A DNA stretch of 64,000 nt, taken from NCBI GenBank assembly GCA_964016885.1, contig OZ024746.1:50840001-50904000 (forward strand), given 5' to 3'. This document shows, piece by piece, positions 14,210 to 30,100 of the stretch. A program made the position numbers and the translations under genes. Origin of the DNA: Eledone cirrhosa. Taxonomy: Eukaryota. The notes beneath the pieces are model-generated. The model searched no databases and was not told the DNA's origin. It saw nothing but the letters and a program-made list of their open reading frames with translations. Every line of letters begins with the position of its first letter. The first letter of the stretch is position 1.

Positions 14210-16654
14210 ATGGAAAAACAATATTTGGGAACCTCTTTAAAGAACATACCAATACCTTCTAAGGATGACTTCTTACTCCTTATGATTCAAAAAACTAATA
14301 ATTTTATCAGAAGGGTTAGATGGAGGGCCTACCACTTCGATAAAAAATCTAAACATGCAGATCGGAAATATATGTATGATTTCAATACTTACAAGAATCC
14401 ACCACACAACTCTTTACTTGAAGACTTTGAGAAAGACCTTTTTAATTTAATTAAACACCTCAAATTTAAAAAGTATAAATCCGTCTTTCAAAAGGACCTT
14501 GATTCTACCCTATTGGACCTAAAAAAGTCTAAAAAAATCCATGTCCACTCGGACAAAACTGGTAACTTGTATCACATGGATATTGAACATTATAATGAGT
14601 TCATATATAAAGAACTCAGGAAAAATTATAAAAAATCTAATAATGCGTCACTCACCAACATCAACAACAAAACACACAACATAGTAAAAAAACTAAACAT
14701 TGAAGATAGAACTGAACCTTTGGCATTGAAAAGACCACACTTCAACCTGAAGGATCATAAATCAAACTTTAACTCAAATCCTTCTATAAGACTTATATGT
14801 CCCTCCAAATCAGATATTGGAATAATTAGCAAAAAAATTTTGGATAGAGTCATCCCACAAATAAGAAAACACGTTATTTTACCACTCTGGGAAAACACCT
14901 CCCAGGTAATTAACTGGTTTAAAAATATTAGATATAAATCTTCTGCTTCATTTCTACAATTTGATATAGATAATTACTATTCTTCTATATCACCTATACT
15001 CCTGAACAAAGCATTGATATTTGCTAAAAATATATCTAACTTAACTTTGGATGACATTAATATTATTACACATGCTAGACTAACACTTATTGAATTTCAG
15101 AATGAATACTGGACCAGAAACACATATAGTAATCTATTTGATATTACTATGGGTTCAAGCGATTCCGCCCAAATTACTGATCTTGTGGGCCTCTTTCTCC
15201 TTTTCAACATAAATGCCTCATTTCCCCACCTTAAAGGTGGTTTATATCGTGATGACTGTCTTCTTCTTTCCAACAACCTTAGCCTTTCAGAAATAGAAAA
15301 AAACAAAAAACATATTAGAACTTTCCTTAAAGACTATTATAATCTTCATATTACTTTTGAAAAAACAAGTAAAGTAGTAAATTTCCTAGATATAACTTTA
15401 GATTTAGCTACGGGTATCTATCAACCTTACCATAAACCAAACCAAAACTTACATTACATACACTCACAATCTAATCACCCTAAATCTATCCTTAAAAACC
15501 TTGCATATAATATATCACTTAGAATTTCTAACCTTTCTTCTAACCAAGATGTATTTGATAAAAATGCGACCTTCTATAACGAAGCTCTAGATAGAAGTGG
15601 CCACAAAAATAGATTAGAATATATACCTTCTACTAAAAATACTAAAAACATACAACCTAATATTACCAACAAACACCAAATGAAAAGTACACACCTAAAT
15701 GCCACCCACACTATACCCCAAAATACCAAACCTTCTAATATAAAATATAGTAACTCTCAAAAAACTACTCATCATACAACTCTAATAAATATTATTAATA
15801 ATAAAACTCCTAATAAAAAAGATAAAACACCTAAATCTACAAATATAACTAAAAATGGTTGTGGTGAGATCATTAACATTAATCCTCCTAGTAAACATCA
15901 CGATACAACCTATAAAAATAATAAAAATAATAAACAACATAGAAACCGTAATAGACGGGTTACTTGGTATAATGCTCCATTTAATTTACAAATTAAGGAT
16001 AATATTGCTAAAAAATTTTTTTATATTCTAGAGAAAAACTTCCCGCCAAACCACAAATACCATCAAATCTTAAATAGGTCTACAGTTAAATTCTCATACT
16101 CAACAACAAATAACATAAAACAAAATATAAGTGCCTATAATGCATATAAATGTAAGAAAACCATAAGTATACCACCAATACATCAAACTAACCATAATAT
16201 CTCCTCAAATACAGAATTAACGAAAGGTTGTAACTGTAGAAACAAAGCAAACTGCCCATTAAAAGGGAATTGTCTTGTTAACAACATAGTCTATAAATGT
16301 AATGTTAAAACTAAAGATTCTATTTGCTCATATATAGGAGCTACTTCTAACAATTTTAAGACAAGGTTTAATACCCACAAGCATAGTTTTAAAAATGCCG
16401 CACTGGCTAATACAACATCTCTAGCAGAAAAAATCAATAGTTATAAAAATAAGAATATAGAATATGATTTGACCTGGAGTGTGCTCAAAAGAGCCACCCC
16501 TTATCAAAATAATAGAAATGAATGTAGATTATGTTCCCAAGAACTATTTGAAATAATGAAATCTAAGGATATCCTATTAAATAAACGACAGGAATTAATT
16601 ATATCGTGTAATCATAAACTAAAAAAAACATTTAAATATTATAAACCTAATTAA
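14210..16654 (+). CDS. Intact PLE (Naiad-like) polyprotein: RT + Zn-linker + GIY-YIG endonuclease, 814 aa from the first ATG
   Basis: SDKTGN, LKDHK...[75 protein letters not shown]; no stops or frameshifts. Confidence 0.95.
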   Translation: MEKQYLGTSLKNIPIPSKDDFLLLMIQKTNNFIRRVRWRAYHFDKKSKHADRKYMYDFNTYKNPPHNSLLEDFEKDLFNLIKHLKFKKYKSVFQKDLDSTLLDLKKSKKIHVHSDKTGNLYHMDIEHYNEFIYKELRKNYKKSNNASLTNINNKTHNIVKKLNIEDRTEPLALKRPHFNLKDHKSNFNSNPSIRLICPSKSDIGIISKKILDRVIPQIRKHVILPLWENTSQVINWFKNIRYKSSASFLQFDIDNYYSSISPILLNKALIFAKNISNLTLDDINIITHARLTLIEFQNEYWTRNTYSNLFDITMGSSDSAQITDLVGLFLLFNINASFPHLKGGLYRDDCLLLSNNLSLSEIEKNKKHIRTFLKDYYNLHITFEKTSKVVNFLDITLDLATGIYQPYHKPNQNLHYIHSQSNHPKSILKNLAYNISLRISNLSSNQDVFDKNATFYNEALDRSGHKNRLEYIPSTKNTKNIQPNITNKHQMKSTHLNATHTIPQNTKPSNIKYSNSQKTTHHTTLINIINNKTPNKKDKTPKSTNITKNGCGEIININPPSKHHDTTYKNNKNNKQHRNRNRRVTWYNAPFNLQIKDNIAKKFFYILEKNFPPNHKYHQILNRSTVKFSYSTTNNIKQNISAYNAYKCKKTISIPPIHQTNHNISSNTELTKGCNCRNKANCPLKGNCLVNNIVYKCNVKTKDSICSYIGATSNNFKTRFNTHKHSFKNAALANTTSLAEKINSYKNKNIEYDLTWSVLKRATPYQNNRNECRLCSQELFEIMKSKDILLNKRQELIISCNHKLKKTFKYYKPN

Positions 16655-16716
16655 TAACATTATTTTAGAAATTAATATATAATTTAATTTAAATGTTAGT
16701 TAACCTATAAATTTAA

Positions 16717-17851
16717 AATTCTACTACAGATGAGAATATAAAATATTGTGTAATCATAAATTGTGAAAAACCTTTAAATATTACTAATATATACTTAGTA
16801 ATTTAATTTATAGATTAATTTTAATTTATTTAACCCTTTATTAAAATTCCTTTACAGATAAAATATAACAAAATATCGTGTATTCAATGACAGAGAAATA
16901 ATTTTTAGTATTATAGACCTAATTAATATACATTTTAGAAATATATTTATAATTTGGTTTTAAATTTAGTCAACCTAAAAATTTAATTTAATTGGCTTAA
17001 AATTAGTATCCTAATACAGACGGATTGCAGAGTGTCATGTAATCATAGAATGGGATGTGTTTTGGATGTATACCTAGTTAATATATTCTTTGCAATCTTT
17101 GAAATTTTTGAAAGAATATGTATATGTATGTATATATATGTATGTGTATGTATGTATATATATGTGTATATATATATATGTATGTATATGTATATGTATG
17201 TGTATTGATTTTGATTTCTGTTTACATATAATTATATTCTGCTATTGATAAAATACAATATCTGTTTTATTTATTATATACCTAATTAACATATACTATA
17301 GAAATTAATATATAATTTTTAATTTAGTTAACCTATAATTTATATTCTACTACCGATGTAATACTTTATTTGTTTTTTCCCTATTACTAAATTCATTTCC
17401 TAATATTGATACCATAACGTTAATAATTTTAATTTAGTTATACTATAATTAATACTCTACTACTATTTAACTTCAAAATTCTGCTTCAAATATTATAAAC
17501 CTAAGTAATTTACACCTTAGAAATCAATATGTTAACTATCTTTAGTTTAGTTAACCTATAATTAATGGTATACTTATATTGAAATGCATAATTTTGCCTT
17601 CTTTCTTACATTTCCTAATACTGAAACTATGTAAACACATATTGAAATCCAGATACAGATTAATATTCTATGTTTCTTGAAACATATATTTACTATAATC
17701 CCCTTCTCCCCCCCCCTTCCCCCATACTATTATTATCTGTATTTGTAAGCGTGTATATATGAATATATATGTAGGTAGGTGTATATATGTTTGGGTGTTT
17801 ATATCTAAGTATAAAAATACATATATGCGCATGCAAATAAGGATGTATGAT

Positions 17852-17884
<33 letters not shown>

Positions 17885-17901
17885 GCATGTATATATATAT
17901 G

Positions 17902-17932
<31 letters not shown>

Positions 17933-18732
17933 GTGTGTGTGTGCGTGTATGTATGTGTATATATATGTGTGTATGTATGTGTGTGTATATATGTGTATGT
18001 ATATGTATGTCTCTCTATATATATGTGTATCTTCGTATCTATGTGGGTATATGTGTGTATGTACATGTATGCACATGTATATGTTTATGTGTATATGTGT
18101 GTATGTGTATATGTGTACGTATGCGCGCATATATATGTGAGTGTGTGTGTGTGTGTATATATATGTATGTCTATATATATATATGTTTGTATATGTATAT
18201 GTATATATTATTTATTATTATAATATAATTTATGTGTATATATATATATGTGAAAATGTGTATGTATATATATATATATAAGTATATATGTGTATGTGTG
18301 TCTTTGTGTGTGTGTATATATATGTATATATGTGTGTATGTATGTGTTTGTATGTGTGTTTATGGCTGTATGTGTGTGTGGGTATATATATGTATGTATG
18401 TATATATATATATATATATATGTGTATATGTATCTCTATTTATGTGTGTATATATGTATATGTATATACCTTTTTCTTTGTATGTCTGAGTTGTGTGAGA
18501 GTGTAGTGGTGTTTGTATGTATATACGCATATATGGATGCGTATGTATTTGTATATATGCGTATATGTAAGTGCGTATGTGTGTGTGAATATATATCTAT
18601 GTCTATGTATGAGTATGTATGTATGTGTATGTATGTGTGTGTGTATGTATGTATGTGTGTATGTGTGTATATATATGTGTGTATATATATGTATGTATGT
18701 TGTATGTATGTATGTATATATGTATCTATATG

Positions 18733-18764
<32 letters not shown>

Positions 18765-18897
18765 TATTTATTATATATGTATGTGTGTGTATGTGTATAT
18801 ATATATCTTTATATATGTGTATGTGTATGTATGTGTAGGTGTGTGTGTGAGACTATATATGTATGTGTGTATATGTGTATGTATGTATATGTATGTG

Positions 18898-18972
<75 letters not shown>

Positions 18973-19497
18973 ATATATATGTATATATATATATGTATGT
19001 GTATATGTATCTCTATTTATATGTGTATATGTGTATATGTATATACCTTTTTCTTTGTATGTCTGAGTTGTGTGAGAGTGTAGTGGTGTTTGTATGTATA
19101 TACGCATATATGGATGCGTATGTATTTGTATATATGCGTATATGTAAGTGCGTATGTGTGTGTGAATATATATCTATGTCTATGTATGAGTATGTATGTG
19201 TGTGTATGTATGTGTGTGTGTATGTATGTATGTGTTTATGTGTGTATGTATGTGTGTGTGTATATATATGTATATACGTGTATGTATGTATGTGTATATA
19301 TGTATGTATATGTATATATATGTATATATATATATATATATATTTATTATATATGTGTGTGTGTGTATGTGTGTATATATATCTTTATATATGTGTATGT
19401 GTATGTATGTGTAGGTGTGTGTGTGTGACTATATATGTATGTGTGTATATGTGTATGTTTGTGTATGTATGTGTATGTGTGTATATATATGTATATA

Positions 19498-19548
<51 letters not shown>

Positions 19549-19573
19549 GTATGTGTATATATATATGTATGTA

Positions 19574-19604
<31 letters not shown>

Positions 19605-19758
19605 ATATATTTATGTATATATATATATATATTTATATGTGGGTATGTATGTGTATGTGTGTATATATATGAGTGTATTTTTATATATATTTTTTATATA
19701 TATATATATATATGTATGTAGATGTGACTGTATATATATGTATATGTATAAATATATG

Positions 19759-19789
<31 letters not shown>

Positions 19790-20006
19790 ATATATATGTA
19801 TGTATATGTATATGTGTGTATATGTATGAGTGTGTGTATATATATACGAGTGTTGTGAGTGTATATATATATATATATATATACGTGTGTATATGTATAT
19901 GTGTATATATATATATGTATATATATGTATATATATATGTGTATATGTGTGTATATGTATATATATATATATATGTATGTATGCGTGTATGTGTATATGT
20001 GTGTAA

Positions 20007-20060
<54 letters not shown>

Positions 20061-20425
20061 AGTCTATGTATTTATATGTGTATATGTATGTGTCTCTATA
20101 TGTATGCGTCTGTGTATGTGTATGTGTATTTATATGGTATGTGTATGTATATGTATGTATATGTATGTGTTTATATATATGTGTATGTATATGTATGTAT
20201 ATGTATGTGTGTGTATGCGTGTTTTTTATATGTCTATATGTATGTATATCGATGTATACTTTATATTTTGCTTGTTTGTATATATATATATGTGTGTGTG
20301 TATGTATATGTGCGTGTATATATATATATGTGTGTGTATATGTGTGTGTGTATATATATGTATATGTGTGTGTATATATATATGTATATGTTTATATGTG
20401 TGTGTGTGTGTGTGTTGTATCTGTA

Positions 20426-20469
<44 letters not shown>

Positions 20470-21415
20470 CTTGATATATTTCTTTTTTCTTTTTTCTTTT
20501 TCTTTTCTTTTTATTTCTAAGTTTATAGATACATCTATAAATAAGCAGTCTGCCGAAACCGTTGAATACTGACCTCTCCCCCCCTCCCACCTAATTTCTG
20601 TATATTGATCTAAATGTGTGTGGCAGTGTTTATGTGCGTGCATTAATGTCCATATGCTTATGATAGTGCTATATGCACATATATATGTGTGTGGGGGTGT
20701 GTGTGTGTATGTATGTTCGTAATTATGTGTATGTTTATGCATATACGCGCGTATGTGTGTGAGTGTACGAATATGTGTGAGTATGTGAATGTGTGTATAC
20801 ATTTATTTCATATTTATGTGTCTATACGCATTTTATCTGTGGATTATAAACTTACAGAGACATTAGCCTTGAATTTTTGTATTTGCATACATCTTTTTGG
20901 CATGCGTATGCATGTGAGCATATATCTTTATATAAATATGTGTACGAAGTTAATTACATGTATATACACACACCAAACTGCATAAAATTTTTTGTATTTT
21001 CATTGGTCAATTTGAACTCTGTTCCCAAACGGAATTTTGAATTGTTGTTATTATCAATAAATATATTTCATTATTTCTGAAGACGGCATATATGTGTGTT
21101 TGGTATGTATATTTAATCTTGATAGTTTGTATAATTTTGTATAATTTTGTACATAGATCTGTTGAATATGCATGCCAATTCTAACACATATATATCCTAG
21201 AAACGATCGTTAAATAATGAACTTTTTTTGTTTAATATAAGGAACTGTTTCATTGTTTTATTCATTATTTTTTTAATATTTTTTTAATATTTTTTTAATA
21301 TTTTATCTTGACTCTGTATTCCGTTTATCTTTCACCGAAAGTGATTTTTCATTGCATCTCTTCTTTCCATGATATCCGGACTACATTGAGTTCTTCATAC
21401 GGATTGGACACTACC
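16717..21415 (+). repeat. 3' pLTR / 3'UTR of family A (HHR copy at 21067-21221)
   Basis: Direct repeat of 9335-14030; ends ...ggacactacc|(TA)n. Confidence 0.92.
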
Positions 21416-21426
21416 TATATATATAT

Positions 21427-21542
<116 letters not shown>

Positions 21543-21543
21543 T

Positions 21544-21585
<42 letters not shown>

Positions 21586-22218
21586 AAAACATATAACGAA
21601 ACGAAATTAAATTTCGTTTCGCTTCTAACTCACTTTTGTATGACTGACGCTTAAACAATTAAGTTAAATTGTACATCTACATATGTATACGGAAGTACTA
21701 GTATGCATATAAATACACACATGTATACATATGTACATGTACCGAGTTTTTCACTAGACACTTTACAGTGAGTGTCCAGCTAGTCTGTATGTAAACAAAC
21801 AGACGAACCGGGTTTTAAAGTCATACGAGTTTTCAAGGAAACACACTTCCTCTATTCTCCAGAGAGCCAGACAGGAATATTGGACTAGTTTCGATGTTAT
21901 TACATCTCATCAGCAATATATACCTATCTTCCGGCTTCTCTGGAAAATTGTAAAAGCACATATCGTTATATGCTTTTTCTATGAAAATCAATAGTGGGCA
22001 GACTAATTTGCATAGAACGTGAGTCATTGTACGCGCCGGTTCAGCGGAAACGATACATGTACATATGTATACATGTGTGTATTTATATGCATACTAGTAC
22101 TTCCGTATACATATGTAGATGTACACATAACGGTACATGTACATATGTATACATGTGTGTATTTATATGCATACTAGTACTTCCGTATACATATGTAGAT
22201 GTACACTTTAACTTAATT
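21586..22218 (-). mobile_element. Monomer of the 470-nt HHR repeat family with two inverted terminal segments (HHR at 21877-21919)
   Basis: Matches the unit of 31436-33070; 22054-22218 are inverted copies of ~21657-21742. Confidence 0.88.
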
Positions 22219-22241
22219 ATATTTATATATATATATATTTA

Positions 22242-24077
<1,836 letters not shown>

Positions 24078-24772
24078 GGTTTTGAAGTTTCCGTTGAAAA
24101 TTGAAAAAGTCATAGGAGTGAAGAGTGCTCTATGTAAGTACCAGAGCAAAATTTAATGTATAATAAACAATACAATATAATTACCTCCCTACCAGAGGTT
24201 TCCCGAATAAGACGAATACGAAAGAAACGTCCTCATTCGTTCGTCGGACGAGCCAATATAAAACATAGTGAAATGCAAAAAAAATATATATATATAAATA
24301 AAAGTAATGCAATAGACATATAAAACATATAAAAAATTGTTTATAAGGAAATATAGTTAAGTGTGTGTATATGTATGTATATACTCCCACAGATGTACAT
24401 ATGTATGTATGTACAAATGCGTGTGTATGGTGAAAATGTGTGCGTAAATATATATATGAGGGTAACTATATTTGTGTATATGTAACCACAAATACAGATA
24501 TAATATGAGTTGAAAATAAATTGATAATCAGGTTGACACGTATACAGAAAACAGGGTATTAGATACATTATATGAATATGAAGGCACGCGTATAAACACA
24601 CACACACGTGCGTTCACTTATATGCAGAAGAAAAAGAGGTAAGGGAGTGTAATAGTTAAAAGAAATTGTCATTCCCGATATATATATAAAAATGGAACAA
24701 TATATTAGAAAGAAATAATGTTTAAATGAAAGAGAAAGTAGTCAATTAACACTAGAGAAGAGAAAAGAAAAG
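24078..24772 (-). mobile_element. pLTR-like fragment related to family G, with a degenerate HHR (24185-24252, core CCGACGA)
   Basis: Shares gagtgctctatgta..agagc..taataaacaa..taccag.ggtttc with 48920-49003. Confidence 0.55.
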
Positions 24773-24806
<34 letters not shown>

Positions 24807-24841
24807 ATTTATATATATATATATTTATATATGTATATATT

Positions 24842-24892
<51 letters not shown>

Positions 24893-24895
24893 ATT

Positions 24896-24977
<82 letters not shown>

Positions 24978-24985
24978 TATATATA

Positions 24986-25051
<66 letters not shown>

Positions 25052-25068
25052 TATATATATATATATAA

Positions 25069-26116
25069 ATCTAGAAAACTAGATGTCTGATTTTGAGTTT
25101 GTCTCCTGATGAATCCTAACTCAAGACATTCCTATTATTTGGATGTCTAAAAATACGGATGAAACCATGGTAGAGATATAATTACGGTATGTACACATTT
25201 CTTCAAGTTTAATTTTACACCTAATTGTGTATGGTTGATGATATATTTAGTCAGTTTCTACATGCTGTCGAAATGTTGGATAAATAATCTATTGGGGCCC
25301 CCGCGAAGAGGCCACTTTCAGTTATTTGTCGAAGATTTCTTCATAAGAGCCTTTCTTCTTATAGCTTGGTCTAATTGGTTTTTTTATATGGTTAATTATG
25401 CTAATTAGAAGAGGAAATAGTATATATTTTATCTAATAATTCTAAGGACATGATTTATGATATATTGCTCTGATTATTTAATTTATTAATTCTTCATAGA
25501 GCTTAAAAGTGACCGGTTGCAACATATATATATCTATAACTTTATGTATATGTAAACCTTTATATTTAATAATCTCCCGTTAGGTTGAGATTCAATTTGG
25601 CGATATTTGGCTGCGCTTTCTAGCAGCAAGCCTACCCGCCGTAAGCAACCAATCACATTCTTTCTAGCTTGACCACAGCTACATAGCGATTCTTAGCCAT
25701 TTTTGAATCTAATTTTGGCGCAATCGTGTTAGAAAACTAGATGGCTGATTTTGAGTTTGTTTCCTGATGAATCCTAACTCAAGACATTCCTATTATTTGG
25801 ATGTCTAAAAATACGGATGAAACCATGGTAGAGATATAATTACGGTATGTACACATTTCTTCTAAGTTTAATTTTACACCTAATTGTGTATGGTTGATGA
25901 TATATTTAGTCAGTTTCTAAATGCTGTCGAAATGTTGAATAAATAATCTATTGAAGCCACGCGAAGAGGCCACTTTCAGTTATTTGTCGGAGATTCCTTC
26001 ATAAGAGCCTTTCTTCTTATAGCTTGGTCTAATTGTTTTTTTTTATGGTTAATTATGCTAATTATAAGAGGAAATAGTATATATTTTATCTAATAATTCT
26101 AAGGACATGATTTATG

Positions 26117-26118
<2 letters not shown>
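25069..26118 (+). mobile_element. 658-nt non-coding HHR tandem unit, ~1.6 copies (retrozyme-like)
   Basis: 25072-25462 is repeated at 25731-26118; no ORF; flanked by (TA)n. Confidence 0.75.
25101..25177 (+). ncRNA. Type I hammerhead ribozyme (second copy at 25759-25835)
   Basis: gtctc-CTGATGA-atcc...(agacattc/ggatgtct)...ggat-GAAAC-CATG-GTA-gagat. Confidence 0.88.
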
Positions 26119-26184
<66 letters not shown>

Positions 26185-26420
26185 CGGAGCAAATGTGGCA
26201 AGGAACCAGGTGGACCATAACGCACCAAGGTACTCAATACTTAGGCTAGTAGAGTGAGTAATAGGAACGAGTATAAATGGAATTACCCCTTGAGAAGCTC
26301 GGCTATTCAAATACCAGGATAAACATTTTCATTTAGTCCCGAATTAGCCGTCGAAACGGCTTGAGCTCAGCCGTCAGCGTCCTACTCGTTCCTATATATA
26401 TATATTTATATATAGATATA

Positions 26421-26548
<128 letters not shown>

Positions 26549-27056
26549 CATGGAAAGTTATATTTAAATTGTTGGGTTAACAACGAGTAAATATTTATAA
26601 CTGATATAAAAGCACTCAACAAGTATTTGGAGTATATTTATGATATTAAATAAATGGAAACTATATTTATAAAACCATATTTATTTCGTTATATATATTT
26701 CAGGGATATCATATTAACAATATGTTATGCCTTCTTCAGACAAAATACAATATAAACAGTCTTATAAATAAATAGATACGACATACCTTTCAATCACCTT
26801 GCATTTGGGAGGTTGATTTGGCAGTAAAAAATATTGTGGACAGTTGTAAAAAGAAAGAGAGAAAGAAAGAAAGAAAGAAAGAGAAACGAAGAAAAAGAAG
26901 AAATGCATGTGGCTAAATAGAGAGATATAGAAAGCTAGATAAAGAGAAGAACTTCATGTAAAGAAACAGAGAGAAATATATACAGAGAGAGGAAAAAAGA
27001 AAGAGATAGATAGAGATAGATAGAGAAACTAGGAAGTTGAGTATCGGTTGATACAT

Positions 27057-27103
<47 letters not shown>

Positions 27104-30100
27104 GCTCTAGTGTTAATGTAAAGAGAGATGTATGTAGTTAAGAGAGAAAATAGCCGTTATATAGAGAGCAAAAAAAGAGAAAATGAAAAAGAGAAAATGA
27201 AAAATAACCAGACATAAACGTGGCAGAATTTAAAAACGCTATGTTTCATCCTGTAGAAAATATTAGTTCGTATAAAACAGGCATTATAATGTAAATATCA
27301 GTATTCATGAATGAGACATGTATCTATAATGTGTGAAAAGTAATGATCTTATGTCTAGTTTTTAAAAATTCATATGTTTATATCATAATTATAAACAAAC
27401 TCCCAATTCACACGAAAACATTCTCATTGTGCTATAAAAATTCAAGTATACATATATGTGTGTATATATACACATATATATAGAGTCTATATTAATTTTA
27501 ACAATACTATTCTTGTCTTTACTCTACATGATTGTCGATCAAGCAGAAATAGAGAACAGATTTCAATATATTAATAAAAATAAAAATAAAAATAAAAATA
27601 AAAATAAAAATAAAAATAAAAATAAAAATATCACTAAAAATAAAAATATCAGAGACAAGAAAATAAATAAATAAACAGAAAACTAAAACATTTAATATTA
27701 AAAATAAAAAATATTACAAAATATTAAAAAATAATAAAAATAAAACATAGTATGCCACGCAAATCAGCCACAGGGATCAGCCTTTCAAAGTTAATTGACA
27801 ATATATTGCCAAGTTCATCATAAGCATCAGAGTCGAAACAGATAAAACAAAAATTGTTTACCAAATCCTGTCTAGCAGAAATCATTCCAAAAGTTTAAGA
27901 TACCCATTTGGTCTACATATGTTCTTATATTTAATATAGAAGTTTATCTAGTGTAAAATTAATTCGATATATTTGGAGCATCAGCTTTTAGGGTAGTTTA
28001 ATTATTTATGAAGAATGTTTTAATAAAAAGAATGTTTTAATAAAAAGAAGAAATCGAAAGATTTATCGGCTAGTTTCATAAATAATTACAAATCAAATCA
28101 AACACAACTACATTTTAAATTTAAATTTATATTTAAACGTTGAGTTCAATCTATGTCTGCAGCAACTGAATAAATTTGTCCGTAGATTAAGGGAATTTTT
28201 AGATTTTAGTATAAAGAATATCTCCTCCGCACAGAGGTCACATGTCTCAGAGGATGAATTAAAAGGAATCCCCCTTGAAACTATATTCCAAGTCGTCGAA
28301 TATCTAACGTTATCATGCCTAAGTTGCCAGAGTACGCCTGATAGTGCTGTTGAAGATTTTTTGGATGGATCTGTGAAAGAATTCTTGTGGTTGTTATAGC
28401 GAAGTTTAAATTCCGTCGATGTAGAACCAACGTAGTTGAAAGAATTAACGTCCGTTTTAACATTACAGTTGTATATTATATTTTTAACTAAGCAGTTGTT
28501 ATTTAACGGACATTTAGATCTATCTCTACAGTTACATTTGTTAACTTGGATATTATTTATGCTATTATCGCTAGGTTTTAAGTTCCTGTTATTTATTCTA
28601 TTGATATTTTGCGCAAATTTTTGGTGGATGAGTAGGTTAGTTTTATAGTATGTCTATTGAAAATTGAGTGATACCTATGTGTTCTAGGGAAGCGATTATC
28701 AAGAGCTTTAAAAAATAGTTTAGCAATGTGGGTTTTAATGTTTAGTGAGAAAGGGGGGGCAAACCATATTATATTCCTAGTTCTATTTCTTTTATGGCTT
28801 TTGGAATTATTGTAATGCTTTCTATTATAGTTGTTAAGGTTGTGGCCGTAATTAAAATAGTTGTTATTTTGTTTAATTTGTTTATCATTATCTATGTACA
28901 TAATTTTATCACTATATCCTGCTCTAGCTAACGCTTCATTGTAATAATGGGCTTTTTCGTCGAAAATCTTTTTATTAGATGAGATTCTAGAGATACGTGA
29001 TTGAACTGAGTTTACTATAGTATTTTTAACAGATCTGGGGTGGTTAGAGTTAAAGCTGACATAGTTTAAGTTTTCATTCAACTTGTGAAATGGATAGTGA
29101 AGACATGTGTTGAGATTTAATGTTATATCTAGGAAGTTGACTATTCTATGGTTATTCTCAATTTCTATTTTTAGATTAAAGTGATTAAAAAATTGTGTAA
29201 TTTGTTTTCTTTTTCTATTTAGTTCAGAGTTATTATTATCAATAAGTAAAAGCATGTCATCTCTATATAAACCTCCGGTAGTACCAGGTATTTTCCTATG
29301 CAGCGAATTGATTAAAAATAAGCCCACAAGGTCAGTTACCTGAGCTGAGTCGGATGATCCCATAGTAATGTCAAAATTGTTATCTCTATCTGCTCGGGTC
29401 CATAGTTGGTCATTAAATTCTATCAATGTTTTCCTAGCCGATAATATAATGTGCATTTCATTGCTAGTTAGGTCTGTATGTTTGAATGCGTAATTTAGTG
29501 CCTTATTTAGTAGATTAGGGGTAATGGAAGAATAATAGTTAGCAATATCAAGTTGAATAAACTTATTATTATTGTTATATTTAATTTGCTTAAACCACTC
29601 AACAACCTCACCAGTTCCCTTCCACAAGCTCAGGTTAGGTAAACAACTCAAGTTTTTAATTTGCTGTATCACCCTGTCAAGAATGTTTTTGCTTAGTTTA
29701 CCCAGGTCCGATTTTGATGATACAATCAATCTGACTGGCAAGTCATTCTCAAAATTTCTCTTATGATCTTTCATATTGATCTTCGGTTTCCTGGGCACGA
29801 AAGGTTGTGTTCTGTTCTCAATTTCCAACTCGTGCATTATACAAGATGCCTCAACATTCATTTTCTCTAGCTCGGCCTTATCTGCTACCTTGTACTTTTT
29901 CCTCAGTTCTTTTAGTATGAGGCCATTATACATGTCTTTCTGCACTCCATAGAGGTTGTTGGTCTTGTCAGATTTTACCAAGATCTTCTCAGTTTTCTCT
30001 AAGCTCTCAATATTATCCCTAATGCCTTTCAGATATTCCTGGCCTTTGAAGTTTCTCTTGAATTTGACTCCTTGTATGATAGAAATTATATCGTTTTCAA

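Larger units (their letters stand above)
9335..21415 (+). mobile_element. Full-length Naiad-like PLE family A with ~4.7-kb direct pLTRs
   Basis: Direct repeats 9335-14030 and 16717-21415 flank an intact ORF; bounded by (TA)n on both sides. Confidence 0.92.

Noticed and set aside
9335-21415. LTR retrotransposon, or a collapsed/duplicated assembly artefact
   Set aside because: No gag, protease or integrase and no TG..CA ends. The repeats differ by an 11-nt indel and in microsatellite lengths and fit PLE pLTR geometry. Read-level confirmation is still advisable.
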